A DNA stretch of 64,000 bases, taken from assembly GCA_963804955.1 (NCBI GenBank), contig CAWDSQ010000025.1, positions 1 to 64,000 of the forward strand, in the 5' to 3' direction. This stretch comes from an uncultured delta proteobacterium. Its GTDB lineage: Bacteria; Desulfobacterota; WTBG01; CAIYCZ01; CAIRTM01. Below, piece after piece: positions 1-10,170 of this stretch. The notes under the pieces were generated by a model. The model made no database searches. It was not told the origin of the DNA and worked only from the letters and a program-made list of their open reading frames with translations. The position numbers and the translations under genes are program-made. Each line of letters opens with the position of its first letter. Position 1 is the first letter of the stretch.

Positions 1-77
1 ACCAGTCGCGCGCAGGCAAGGGAGCAGGAGTGGCAGCCGATGCACCGTTCCATGCGCGGTGTGGTAAGTATCTTCAT
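1..77 (-). CDS. 4Fe-4S dicluster protein, N-terminus (runs off window edge); resembles small Fe-S subunits of aldehyde:ferredoxin oxidoreductase-family enzymes
   Basis: Manual translation MKILTTPRMERCIGCHSCSLACARL with CxxCxxCxxxC; GGAGG RBS upstream of ATG at 77; not in ORF track. Confidence 0.8.
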   Translation of the reverse strand, partial: MKILTTPRMERCIGCHSCSLACARL

Positions 78-189
78 CTGCGCCTCCGTGGTGAATGGCT
101 TTAAATTCTGGATTCTGAATTCTTTTTGGGCGCGGGCGCCGCGCCCCTACCTTCTGAATTCCGGCTCCTGGATTATGACTTCTTTCAAA

Positions 190-1627
190 CTACTTTTTCT
201 GCCCCAGTTCGATGATCTCCATACGGTTGTTCGTATGCGGAAACTTCTCCGACGGCCCTTCGGTGAGTATGGCAAGCTCGCCCTCAATGCCGTGGCTGCG
301 CACCCATTCCCTGATATGGTCGGTCCAGTCGGCCGGGTGGCCGGCTGCGCACACGGGATACACGCCGTAGGAAAACTGCAGTTTCTGGCAGGTCGGCTCC
401 TGCGAACTCACGGCGATGATCCACACCGGCAGCCTGAACCGCGTGATGCTGCGGGCTGTGTAGCCGCTGTGAGTCGGGCACAAAAACAGCCGCGGGCGAA
501 ATGCGGTGAAAAATCGTTTCAACGCTCATGGCGATCATGTCCGGCAGAGTGATCGTGCCGTCGCGGCCCGTGCCCTGAAGGGTTTCGAGCACATAATGCG
601 AACGTCGGTGCGGCTCGATGGCTGCGGCGATCTTTGCAAGCATTGCCACCGATTCGACCGGATAGGCGCCCATGGCAGATTCGCCGGAGAGCATGACGCA
701 GTCGGTGCCGTCAAGGATGGCATTGGCCACATCGGTGGACTCGGCGCGGGTGGGCCTGCGATTGCCGGTCATGGACTCAAGCATCTGCGTTGCCGTGATG
801 ACCGGCTTGCCGTACAGGTTTGCTTTTTGAATGATCTGCTTCTGCACCAGGGCTATCTGCTCGATGGGAATTTCAACGCCGAGATCGCCCCGGGCCACCA
901 TCAGGCCGTCGGCTGCGGCCAGTATGCCGTCGATATGGTCAAGGGCGCCCGAACGCTCGATTTTGGCGATGATGAAAGGATGGTAGCCCATCGCTTCGGC
1001 GGCTGCGCGCACTGCCTCGATATCTTTTGCCGATTCCACAAAAGACTGGCTGACTGCATCAATGCCCTGCTCCGCGGCAAACTTCAGGCACTCGCGGTCG
1101 CGCTCGGTGAAGGCGCTGATGCCGAGATCGATGCCCGGCAGGTTAAGCCCCTTGCGCGAGCGCAGTTCCCCGCCCACCACAACGCGGCAGGTGACATCTG
1201 TTTTTCCCGCACTCACCACTTCAAGCTGTATAAGGCCGTCATTGAGAAACAGGGTGTCGCCGGGCTTCACCGCCTGGGGCAGGCGGGTAAATGATACCGA
1301 GACTCTGGCGGCATCACCGATTATCTCTTCGGTAGTCATGGTGAATGGTGCGCCGGGTATAAGATCAACCGGCTCATCTTTGATAGTACCGATGCGCATC
1401 TTGGGGCCCGGCAGGTCGGCCATGATGGCAACGCGGCGGCCCGCAGCCTGTGCAGCAGCGCGCAGATTTGCAATGACCTTTGCATGGCCTGCAAAATCGC
1501 CATGCGAAAAATTGAGCCGCGCCACATTCATGCCGGCCTCCAGCAGCCGGCGCATCATCTCGGGCGATTCCGAGGCCGGGCCGATGGTGCAGACGATCTT
1601 GGTTTTATTTGCCGGGAGTTTTGTCAT
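190..1627 (-). CDS. pyk: Pyruvate kinase (one frameshift near 475)
   Basis: [48 protein letters not shown]-terminal domain continues in ORF 190..522 ([15 protein letters not shown]). Confidence 0.95.
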
Positions 1628-1899
1628 GCTGTCGTCCTATTCTGCAGGGTGTGTGTTTTTTCTGTTTGTTCGTGAGTGCTTATGCTCTTCCGTAGGGGCT
1701 GGGCAAAACGAAGTGTGCCCAGCATTCATTATTGGTTTTAACATTGTTGGGCACGCTTCGCTTTGCCCGGAATCCTTCCTCGATATCACTCGTTGTCTCC
1801 GTCGTGGAAGATGTCAGGTTTCGTTCCTCAACCCGACCTACGGGTATTTTCATGTCTGAATCAGGGGCGGGTTTCGAACCCGCCCCCTACACGACACTC

Positions 1900-3189
1900 T
1901 CACCTCATATCCGCCGGCTGGCCGGTGGTTTCAAGAACGCTGCTCCAGAGCCAGCCGTGCGGGTCGATCTTCTTGCGCGCCGACACGGCAAGCTCTATGG
2001 GCACATGGGTAAACTGCTGGTTCCAGTTGCTGACAACCATGTTCGTGCGGCCTGCCATGCCCGCATGCACGGCGCTGTGCCCCAGCAGCAGGCAGAAGGC
2101 CGAGTCATGGGGAATTGCCTGAAGACTCCGGATAATATAGCTCGGGTCGATATATTTCAGGCTGATATCTATGCCCTGCTTTTTGCAGTGGTCTTTTATG
2201 GCATCACGGAGAAAAAAACCGATATCGCCGTATTTGACATTGCCCGAGGCGTCGCGCTCGCCGGTCTGCTGCATCAGGTCCTGCCCGGCGCCTTCGGCAA
2301 CCACAATCACGGCATGGCCCCTGTGCTGCATCCGCTTTTCAAGGGCAGAGAGAAACCCCTTGAGCGTGAAGGGCACTTCCGGCACGAGGCAGAAATTGAC
2401 CTGGCTGTCGACCAGCACCGAATAGGCGGCAATGAAGCCCGAATCGCGGCCCATGAGCTTGACGAGGCCTATGCCGTTGCGCGCGCCGGTGGCCTCGCTG
2501 TGCGCGGCATAGGTGGCGCGCTTTGCTTCCGAGACCGCTGTTTCAAAGCCGAAGGACTTCTGCACATACGAGATATCATTGTCGATGGTCTTCGGGATGC
2601 CGATGACGCTGAGCTTCAGCCCCCGGCGCTGCGCCTCCCGGCTTATGGCCGTTGCGCCCCGCAGCGTGCCGTCGCCGCCGAGGGTAAACAGAATGCCGAT
2701 CTTCATCCGCTCAAGCGTATCGACCATATCGGCCACATCCTGATTGCCCCGGGATGAGCCCAGTATGGTGCCGCCGGTTTCATGAATGCGGCTCGTGTTT
2801 TCCGGCGTCAGCTCCATGGGCTCATGGTTAAACTTGCTGCTCAAGCCCTCATAGCCGAAGGGAAAGCCGAACACCTGCCGCACGCCATAGTGAAAGTGCA
2901 GGCTCATGACAATTGCGCGTATGACATCGTTTAAGCCCGGGCACAGGCCGCCGCAGGTAACAATGCCGCAGCGAAGACTGGCAGGGTCGAAATAAATTTT
3001 CTCCCGCGGGCCCGAAAGCTCCATGCCCGGCGGCGCGACGCCACGGTCCAGACAGCCTCTGATATCCTGCATGCTCGTGTGATAGAGCACATGCTCGTCA
3101 TCGCTGACAAAGCGCACACCCGCCATGGGCGATGCAATAGTGCATGCGCCAAGTTTTGCTATTTCAAAATTCAGTTCAGCATCCGCCAT
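1900..3189 (-). CDS. pfkA: 6-phosphofructokinase, PfkA family (GGDG plus PKTIDND, probably ATP-dependent)
   Basis: GIVTCGGLCPGLNDVIR, GGTILGSSRG, GGDGTLRG, IPKTIDNDI, KLMGRDSGFIA, YIDPSYIIRS. Confidence 0.93.
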   Translation of the reverse strand: MADAELNFEIAKLGACTIASPMAGVRFVSDDEHVLYHTSMQDIRGCLDRGVAPPGMELSGPREKIYFDPASLRCGIVTCGGLCPGLNDVIRAIVMSLHFHYGVRQVFGFPFGYEGLSSKFNHEPMELTPENTSRIHETGGTILGSSRGNQDVADMVDTLERMKIGILFTLGGDGTLRGATAISREAQRRGLKLSVIGIPKTIDNDISYVQKSFGFETAVSEAKRATYAAHSEATGARNGIGLVKLMGRDSGFIAAYSVLVDSQVNFCLVPEVPFTLKGFLSALEKRMQHRGHAVIVVAEGAGQDLMQQTGERDASGNVKYGDIGFFLRDAIKDHCKKQGIDISLKYIDPSYIIRSLQAIPHDSAFCLLLGHSAVHAGMAGRTNMVVSNWNQQFTHVPIELAVSARKKIDPHGWLWSSVLETTGQPADMR

Positions 3190-3269
3190 CGGTGAAACAC
3201 CTTTCTAAGAGCAGCGCCCGCAAAAGAGGGGGCAATATTAAATTTATATAAAAAAATAAGCCTGTTTAA

Positions 3270-3350
3270 CTCCCCCTTTGAAAAAGGGGGATACAGGGGC
3301 ATTTTGTGCAGCCTGACAAATCCCCCTAACCCCCTTTGCTAAAGGGGGAC
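3270..3350. repeat. REP-like family ccccctttg..aaagggg (also about 31073-31145, 36013-36100, 40635-40668, 62503-62524)
   Basis: Recurring intergenic palindromes at five loci. Confidence 0.75.
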
Positions 3351-3398
3351 AATGTTTCGCCCCCATGTTTGCGGAGCGCTGTACTTCATATTGTTCAT

Positions 3399-4428
3399 CT
3401 ACGATGTAAACATGGTTGTGCCGGCTGAGCGCAGATCGCTCACCGCCTGCTTCACGCGCTCCGCCATGCCGGCCTCTGCAGCCGCCAGATAGGAGCGCGG
3501 ATCATAGTGCTTTTTGTTGCCCACATCAGCGTCGACCTTCAGCACGCCGTCATAATTTTTAAACATGTGATCAACAATCGGCCGGGTAAAGGCATACTGC
3601 GTGTCGGTATCAATATTCATTTTTACCACGCCGTAGTCAAGCGCCTCGTGGATGTCGGCAAGCCCGGACCCTGAGCCGCCATGAAACACCAGGTTAAAGC
3701 GCGCTGCTTTGCCGCATGCTTTCTCAACAGCGGCCTGGCAGTCCCTGAGAATTGACGGCTTGAGCTTCACGTGGCCCGGCTTGTACACGCCATGCACATT
3801 GCCGAAGGTGGCTGCAAGCATATAGCGGCCGCCGGCAACAGCGTTCAGCCGCCGGGCAACCTCAAGCGTATCCTCGGGCGTGGTGTAGAGCTTGGCGCCT
3901 GCCTCGCCCTTCACGCCGTCCTCTTCCCCGCCTACGACACCCGCCTCGATCTCAAGGATGAGCTCGCTTTTCTGAAAGCGCTCAAGCAGCTTCACGGCAA
4001 TGTCGAGATTGTCCTTCAGCGGCAGGGCGCTGCCGTCGAACATGTGGCTGCTGAACAGGTTCGGCAAGCCCTGCTGCCCGGCGGCGCTCGGTCTCGGCCA
4101 CCAGCGGCAGCACAAAGCTGTCGAGCTTGTCAGCCTGGCAGTGATCGGTGTGCAGGGCCACATACACGGGGTAGCGCTCGGCCACGCGGTGCACATGCTC
4201 GGCAATGGAGATGGCCCCAAGCGCCATATCCTTCACCAGAGCGCCTGAAACAAAGGCGGCCCCGCCTGTGGAAACCTGAATGATGCCGTCGCTTTTGCTT
4301 TCGGCAAGCCCCCGCAGCACGGCATTGGCCGCTGCAAGGGATGCCACATTGATGGCGGGATAGGCAAAGTGCTTATCCCGGGCCCGGTCGAGCATGGCAC
4401 AGTAGGTTGTGTAATCGGCAACCGGCAT
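3399..4428 (-). CDS. fbaA: Class II fructose-bisphosphate aldolase (frameshift near 4075)
   Basis: FAYPAINV, LHTDHC, SHMFDGS, GGEEDG, FGNVHGVYK, FHGGSG, KMNIDTD across ORFs 3982..4428 and 3399..4220. Confidence 0.93.
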
Positions 4429-4473
4429 GGTATCTCTCCTTTGTAAGGGTTTCGCCCCTCCTCTGCTGCAGCC

Positions 4474-6984
4474 TTAAGCCTGCAGCATATGCTCTACGGA
4501 CTTCACGCGCCATATCTTTTCGCAATACTCGCGGATAGCGCGGTCTGAGGAAAATTTGCCCATGCGCGCCACATTCAGTATGGACATGCGCGTCCAGCGC
4601 TCCTGATCCCGGTATGCTCGAGCCGCCCCGTCCTGGCAGTCGATATATGCCTGATAGTCGGCAAGCACCATAAACGGATCATAGTGCAGCAGGGAATCAA
4701 GCAGGGGCCTGAAAAGGCCTCTGTCGCCTTTTGAGAAGACCCCCGAGCCGATAAGATCCAGAGCCTCCCGCAGGTGCTCATTTGAGCGATAGTACTGCTG
4801 CGGATCGTAGCCCGCGGCCCTCATTGCACTGATCTCATCCGTGGTCAGCCCGAAAAGGAAAAAGTTTTCAGCGCCTGCCTCTTCACGGATCTCTATATTA
4901 GCGCCGTCAAGCGTGCCGATGGTGAGCGCGCCGTTCAGGGAGAATTTCATATTGCCCGTGCCCGAGGCTTCCATGCCTGCAGTTGATATCTGCTCGGAGA
5001 GGTCGGCGGCCGGATACACCCACCTGCTGTTCTTCACATTGAAGTCCGGCAGAAACACGACTTTGAGCAGGCCCGCCACCGCAGGATCACTGTTTACCAC
5101 ATCCGCAACGGAATTAATCAATTTTATAATCAGCTTTGCCATGAAATATCCCGGGGCTGCCTTGCCGCCGAAGATAACGGTGCGGGGCACCATGACTGCT
5201 GCCGTGTCGCGCTTTATCCGGTTATACAGGGTAATCACATGCAGAATATTCAAGTGCTGACGCTTGTACTCATGAATGCGCTTGACCTGTATGTCAAACA
5301 GTGTAGCCGGGTCCACGGCAATACCGGTGCGTTGTTTGATATATGCAGCAAGGCAGCTTTTATTGTGGTGCTTCACCGCCCGCCAGGCACTGCGGAATTC
5401 GTCGTCATCGGCATATTTTTCAATATCTCGCAGGCTCTCCTCAAGATGGTTTATCCACCGGCTGCCGATCCGCGCGCTCATCAGCTCTGTCAGCTTCGGG
5501 TTATACAGCACCATCCAGCGCCGGGGCGTAACGCCATTGGTCACATTCAGGAACTTCTCCGGGAACAGCTCATGAAAGTCGCGCAGCACATCACGCTTGA
5601 GAAGCTGGCTGTGCAGCTCAGCCACACCGTTGATGGCATGGCTGCCCACGCTGGCAAGGTGGGCCATGCGCACATACCGCTCGCCGGTTTCATCAATCAG
5701 CGACAGGCGGGCGACGCGCTCCCCGTCGCCGGGATAGCAAGTCCGCACCGTGTCAAGAAAGCGGCGGTTGATCTCATAAATGATCTCCAGATGCCGCGGC
5801 AGCAGGCTGGAAAACAGCCGCAGCGGCCATTTCTCCAGCGCCTCGGGCAGAAGGGTGTGATTGGTATAGGCGAATGTCTTCTGCGTTATGAACCAGGCCC
5901 TGTCCCAGTCCATAGCATGCTCATCCACAAGCAGCCGCATGAGCTCTGCCACGGCAATGGAGGGGTGGGTGTCGTTGAGCTGGGCGGCCCAGCCTTCATG
6001 AAAATCATCCAGCTTGCGCCCCCGGAGCAGATGAATGCGGATCATGTCCTGCAGCGAGCAGGACACGAAAAAGTACTGCTGCGACAGGCGCAGCACTTTG
6101 CCGGTATCGGGCACATCATTGGGGTAGAGCACTTTTGAGATGGTCTCGGAGCTGATCTTTTCATGAACAGCGCCGTAATAATCCCCTACATTGAAGGTCT
6201 GAAAATCGAATGACTCTACGGCCTCCGACTTCCACAGGCGCAGAATGCCGGTCAGGCTTTTGCCGTAGCCTGACACGGGCGTGTCATAGGCAATGCCTTT
6301 CACCTCATGGGCCGGTACCCAGCCTGCGCGGTGGCGGCACTGTTCATCGCACCATGCTTCCGTGCGTCCGCCCAGTTTTACATAATAGGCGATTTCGGGC
6401 CGCGCAATCTCCCAGGGGTTGCCGAAACGGAGCCACTTGTCCGTCACCTCGACCTGCCAGCCGTCACGGATATCCTGATCAAATATCCCGAATTCATAGC
6501 GTATGCCGTACCCGATGGAAGGGATGCTGAGTGTTGCAAGGGAGTCAAGGTAGCAGGCTGCAAGCCGCCCGAGGCCGCCATTGCCAAGGCCCGGCTCCTC
6601 TTCCTGATCCAGAAGCTCCTGCAAATCAAGCCCGAGCCGGGCTAGCGCCTCCTGCACCTGCTCATGCATGCCGAGATTTATAAGGCAATTGCCCAGATGC
6701 GGCCCGAGCAGGTATTCCGCGGACAGATAGCTGACCATTCTGAAGTTCTTGTCCTGCTGCAGGTGAACCGTGGTACACCAGCGGTCCATAAGCCGGTCGC
6801 GCACGGTATAGGCAAGGGCCATGTACCAGTCATTGCGGGTCGCCAGGTCCGGAGACCTGCCCTGAATGGCGGACAGGTTATCAAGAATGGCCTGTTTGAG
6901 GGCATCGGGGCTCATGCCGGTGCGAATGTTTTCAGCTTGTACGCAAGAGGCATCAGGTGATGTTACGTGTGCAGTACGTTCCAT
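4474..6984 (-). CDS. glgP: Glycogen/starch phosphorylase
   Basis: GLGNGGLGRLAAC, QLNDTHP, YTNHTLLPEALE, KRIHEYKRQ, EASGTGNMK (PLP lysine). Confidence 0.97.
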   Translation of the reverse strand: MERTAHVTSPDASCVQAENIRTGMSPDALKQAILDNLSAIQGRSPDLATRNDWYMALAYTVRDRLMDRWCTTVHLQQDKNFRMVSYLSAEYLLGPHLGNCLINLGMHEQVQEALARLGLDLQELLDQEEEPGLGNGGLGRLAACYLDSLATLSIPSIGYGIRYEFGIFDQDIRDGWQVEVTDKWLRFGNPWEIARPEIAYYVKLGGRTEAWCDEQCRHRAGWVPAHEVKGIAYDTPVSGYGKSLTGILRLWKSEAVESFDFQTFNVGDYYGAVHEKISSETISKVLYPNDVPDTGKVLRLSQQYFFVSCSLQDMIRIHLLRGRKLDDFHEGWAAQLNDTHPSIAVAELMRLLVDEHAMDWDRAWFITQKTFAYTNHTLLPEALEKWPLRLFSSLLPRHLEIIYEINRRFLDTVRTCYPGDGERVARLSLIDETGERYVRMAHLASVGSHAINGVAELHSQLLKRDVLRDFHELFPEKFLNVTNGVTPRRWMVLYNPKLTELMSARIGSRWINHLEESLRDIEKYADDDEFRSAWRAVKHHNKSCLAAYIKQRTGIAVDPATLFDIQVKRIHEYKRQHLNILHVITLYNRIKRDTAAVMVPRTVIFGGKAAPGYFMAKLIIKLINSVADVVNSDPAVAGLLKVVFLPDFNVKNSRWVYPAADLSEQISTAGMEASGTGNMKFSLNGALTIGTLDGANIEIREEAGAENFFLFGLTTDEISAMRAAGYDPQQYYRSNEHLREALDLIGSGVFSKGDRGLFRPLLDSLLHYDPFMVLADYQAYIDCQDGAARAYRDQERWTRMSILNVARMGKFSSDRAIREYCEKIWRVKSVEHMLQA

Positions 6985-7284
6985 GGCGCACCCCCATGAA
7001 ATAAGTTTCGCCCAAAGGCGTTACAAAAAACATGCTGCAGGCAGGAAGGTGTAAAATTATAAATATAATAAAATCCGCGCAACAATCCATCATTAAAATG
7101 ACCCTTATATAAAAAACATATATAAGCCATGCGGTCGCACGGATAACCTGTCTTGTATTGAATTAGGGCGCAGCCGCAACAGCAGCTGGGCTTCAGAGCG
7201 CTGCTGCTTTTGCGGCTGGTATCGGGGCCGTCGGCGCCAGAATGTTCATCGCAGCGTGTGTGGCGCCTTGTCAGCCATGATTAA

Positions 7285-7533
7285 TTATATATTGTACTTA
7301 TTGAAAATCTCTTTACGCACTGGGCAACCACACAAAAATCTGTAGCCAAATAAAATCTGATAAGAACAGTATCCTTTATTTAGGCATTTTATGAAGTGCA
7401 GTTTTCCATCCATGCAAGATTCTACTGTGCAAAGGTTGTTTCTTTCTCTCTCTAAACAAGAAAATTCCTTTTTGCAGTTTGTTGCTGCCCTTCGAACTTT
7501 GTTGCTCACTCGAATATCCATTTTGCTCTCCAT
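7285..7533 (-). CDS. Small cysteine-rich hypothetical protein
   Basis: 82 aa AT-rich ORF with 8 Cys, ending CGCPVRKEIFNKYNI. Confidence 0.65.
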   Translation of the reverse strand: MESKMDIRVSNKVRRAATNCKKEFSCLERERNNLCTVESCMDGKLHFIKCLNKGYCSYQILFGYRFLCGCPVRKEIFNKYNI

Positions 7534-8236
7534 ATTTCTTGACGGCTAAAATATATTATACAGAACCCTGTAATTTCCGGCTTCAACCTGCTGGGCTTAT
7601 TTCAATTTTATAATATTATCATATAGATTGCTGCTTGTCTGTATTTTGTTGCTATTAAGATTTTATGCAGACCTCTATATAAAATAGGGGTTGGCGGGAG
7701 GATTGAGTTTGAGCAAGCGGTATTCTATCTGGAGATAAGGTTTATTAGCCTAAAATTCCACATTATGAGTCAGCATCGTGACTGCATTACGGCATTCAAT
7801 TTATTGACTGTTACGTTTGGTAATCTGTATTTTTCGGGATTTTGTTTTGTTTAGTTAGACAGCCGTAATGTGGAGTTTGGGGCAGGGAGTCAATAACACA
7901 AGGTATAGTGATAAAGAGCATTAAGAGTCAGAAGTAAACACCCAACCATCCATCCCTCATCGTTTTTTACGTATTTCCCAGCTGCCACGAAGGATATCTG
8001 CGTACTTTTTAAACTGAATTCTAGCTGGAAAGTAGATATTATATGCTAAATAATAAGTTATTGCCACTCGAAGAGGGTTTTAAGATTTCTGTTCGGTCTT
8101 TATGCAGTGGCGGGTTATCTCATTTTCAAGCTTTGCGCGAAAACGAGTTTTATAGACGCTTGCAGGGTTTTACAGTAGATAGAACGGCGTTCTCGGCCTT
8201 ACCTGCTACAACAATCTATTCCCCAAGGAGTTTTCT

Positions 8237-9925
8237 GTGGAGTTTAACAAATCGATCTTCGCGTTGTCAGTGATTGGTTGTTTGTTGCTTTGTTCGTCTG
8301 CCTTTGCAGCATATATCGACAATGGCGACGGCACGGTAACAGATACGGGAACGGGCCTAATGTGGCAGCAGGCCACAGCGCCGGACAACTATACTTGGGA
8401 ACAGGCTCTCACCTACTGCGAAAACCTTGAACTTTCAACATATACGGATTGGCGCCTGCCTACGGCAAAGGAACTGGAATCTCTTACCGACAAAAGCCGC
8501 TTCAACCCGGCTATAAACACCGCGTATTTCCCTGACACGGCTTTGTTTTTATACTGGACCTCTACTACCGAACAGAACAGTTCTGGCAATGCATGGAATG
8601 TAGGCTTTCGATACGGATATGTGCATAACCGTTTAAAGACAAATCTCAATAGGGTACGCGCTGTGCGGTCAGGAGAGGCCGGATCATTTGATAACGTGAC
8701 TCTCTGGCCTGTGCCTGATACCGGTCAGACACAGAGCTTTACAGCTTCTTTCGGCGAAGACCATGACTATACCATCAACCCGCCATCCTATACCAAGCTT
8801 GCCGCCGGCTGCATTTCTCTGCCTGATAATGCCACCGCATGGGATATGGTGCGCGATGATGTGACCGGCCTTGTGTGGGAAGAAAAGCATAGCGCGGACA
8901 ATTTTGCCAATTACGCAGACCCCAATGATGCAGACAACACATACACCTGGTATGACGGCGCAACCGGAACGCCGGGAGACGACAACGACACAGAAGATTT
9001 TATCAATGCCCTGAATGCCGCCATCTATGGGGGGTATGCCGACTGGCGTCTGCCCAACGAAAAAGAACTTCAGACAATTGTTGATTATGGACGGTTCAGC
9101 CCGGCAGTAAACACCACGTATTTCTCCAACGCAGCGGAGTACAACTACTGGGCGGCTGCTTCCTACGCCCCCAGTTTTTTACAAGCATGGGCTGTAGACT
9201 TCAGCGACGGCTGGGTGAGCAACTTTCCCAAGTTGGATCCCAACTATGCTCGCGCAGTACATACCGGTTGTATTGAGACAACGACTTCAACCTCCACGAC
9301 AGTCCAATCGACAACCTCCACGACAGTCCAATCGACAACCTCCACGACAGTCCAATCAACAACCTCCACGACAGTCCAATCAACAACCTCAACGACAGTC
9401 GAATCAACAACCTCAACGACAGTCGAATCAACATCCTCAACGACAGTCGAATCAACATCCTCAACGACAGTCCAATCAACAACCTCCACGAGTATGTCAA
9501 CAACCTCAATCACAACAACTTCAGTGCCAACGACAACCACGAGTATGTCTAACGGTTGTATTGATAATGACGGCGACGGCTATGGTAATAACTGTACTGC
9601 AGGCCTGGACTGCAACGATACGGATACCTTCTACAATGAAATCTGCCCTGACTGCGAAGTGAAAGTCATACCCCGGGCTCTTGGCTGGTTTTTAGACGAA
9701 AAAGAGAAAACCCGACGCCTGTTCATCATCGGCCAGCGGAGCACCGTGTTTGTTGACAGCACGGAGGTCAGATGGGAATCGGACGATATAACGGTTTTAA
9801 GCAAGCGGGTGTTCTTCAATCGGTTCATGTTCATGAAGGTGAGCATTGACGGAGCAGCGCCAGGCAAATCAACCTACCGTGCTCTGATAGGGACTTGTTC
9901 AGCCACACTGAATTTGGTGAAGTAA
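8237..9925 (+). CDS. Secreted protein with two DUF1566 (Lcl/C-type-lectin-like) domains, Ser/Thr linker and C-terminal Cys/Asp motif
   Basis: Signal peptide; [37 protein letters not shown]; second domain DDVTGLVWE..DWRLPNEKEL; CIDNDGDGYG..DCND. Confidence 0.9.
   Translation: MEFNKSIFALSVIGCLLLCSSAFAAYIDNGDGTVTDTGTGLMWQQATAPDNYTWEQALTYCENLELSTYTDWRLPTAKELESLTDKSRFNPAINTAYFPDTALFLYWTSTTEQNSSGNAWNVGFRYGYVHNRLKTNLNRVRAVRSGEAGSFDNVTLWPVPDTGQTQSFTASFGEDHDYTINPPSYTKLAAGCISLPDNATAWDMVRDDVTGLVWEEKHSADNFANYADPNDADNTYTWYDGATGTPGDDNDTEDFINALNAAIYGGYADWRLPNEKELQTIVDYGRFSPAVNTTYFSNAAEYNYWAAASYAPSFLQAWAVDFSDGWVSNFPKLDPNYARAVHTGCIETTTSTSTTVQSTTSTTVQSTTSTTVQSTTSTTVQSTTSTTVESTTSTTVESTSSTTVESTSSTTVQSTTSTSMSTTSITTTSVPTTTTSMSNGCIDNDGDGYGNNCTAGLDCNDTDTFYNEICPDCEVKVIPRALGWFLDEKEKTRRLFIIGQRSTVFVDSTEVRWESDDITVLSKRVFFNRFMFMKVSIDGAAPGKSTYRALIGTCSATLNLVK
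9290..9490 (+). repeat. 24-bp coding tandem repeat, about 8 copies (TSTTVQST)
   Basis: acctccacgacagtccaatcgaca and variants repeated in frame. Confidence 0.95.
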
Positions 9926-10021
9926 AACGCAAGCACCCCCCGAGTCAGGGAAAGGCGGTATGAAGAGTTTGAATTAATTGCCCGATGGTGGTGAAGAATT
10001 AAAGCTGTGACTGCAACATAA

Positions 10022-10063
10022 AAGAAGGCCTAACTGCTAGATATAGTTGTTAGGCCTTCTTTA
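10022..10063. terminator. Bidirectional intrinsic terminator between convergent genes
   Basis: aagaaggcctaac...gttaggccttctttat inverted repeat with A/T tails. Confidence 0.7.
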
Positions 10064-10170
10064 TTAAAGTCCTAATTACGTGATAAAATATTTAAATAGC
10101 AGCAATGCCACATTAGCTCTGACATTGTGTGCCTGCTACAACGAGAAGAACATCCTTCCGCTGCCTCTTC

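Noticed and set aside
7535..7590. Degenerate attC upstream of the small Cys-rich gene
   Set aside because: Only a TTTAGCC end resembling GTTRRRY; no convincing paired boxes
9290..9490. Possible CRISPR array
   Set aside because: Contiguous 24-bp in-frame repeats without unique spacers; they encode a Ser/Thr linker; no cas genes
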